Position numbers and translations under genes: made by a program. The notes beneath the pieces were generated by a model. The model did not search any database. It was not told the origin of the DNA and saw only the letters and a list, made by a program, of their open reading frames with translations. Below are positions 63,883 through 64,000 of a stretch of 64,000 bases of DNA, in pieces; positions within the stretch are counted from its first letter, which is position 1; the number at the start of each line of letters is the position of its first letter. The stretch spans positions 124,001 to 188,000 of IMG/VR virus record IMGVR_UViG_2162886007_000107; one strand, given 5' to 3'.

Positions 63883-64000
63883 TGGGCGATTGGTTTAAAA
63901 ACTGGTGTGGTATAAACAAACCTGTCGTAGTCGGCATTATTTGTGTCGTCGTGATCGGGGCACCCATTATGTATTGGGTATCTAAAGCAGTGGATAATTT
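63882..64000 (+). CDS. 3'-truncated single-TM protein
   Basis: TAATG coupling, GGAG RBS; MGDWFKNWCGINKPVVVGIICVVVIGAPIMYW. Confidence 0.65.
   Translation, partial: MGDWFKNWCGINKPVVVGIICVVVIGAPIMYWVSKAVDN

Noticed and set aside
1-64000. tRNA, rRNA, CRISPR arrays, transposases, chimallin and PhuZ
   Set aside because: No cloverleaf with T-loop consensus, regular repeat-spacer array, or matching ORF recognised. Nucleus genes, if present, lie outside this window, so nucleus formation is inferred from family only.

Overview
This window is a 64-kb segment of a phiKZ-related jumbo phage (Chimalliviridae-like). The assignment rests on recognisable motifs and on my recollection of phiKZ/SPN3US gene order, not on a database search. 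The left ~40 kb is the conserved core block: DnaB helicase, major capsid protein, a split non-virion RNA polymerase beta subunit, portal, baseplate/tail proteins, RuvC, a holin-like gene, an overlapped spanin pair, four paralogous tail genes, a central spike with an HxH tip and SbcC. The right ~24 kb is a dense, all-plus-strand accessory region. It encodes an NAD-dependent ligase, RNase HI, a tandem pair of small nucleotidyltransferases (one intact, one catalytically degenerate), a DHH-DHHA1 phosphoesterase, an Acb1-like 2H phosphodiesterase and a stand-alone ART-PolyVal-like ADP-ribosyltransferase. It also holds an early-promoter-driven glycine-zipper membrane protein with a probable internal second start, and at least three unannotated paralog families. 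Non-coding structure includes a family of CCCTAC(T/C)CCC-stem terminators, phiKZ-type TATATTAC promoters with an extra conserved upstream box, and several long hairpins. I found no tRNA, rRNA, CRISPR array, intein or transposase. Several starts were re-called from the ORF track using RBS position.
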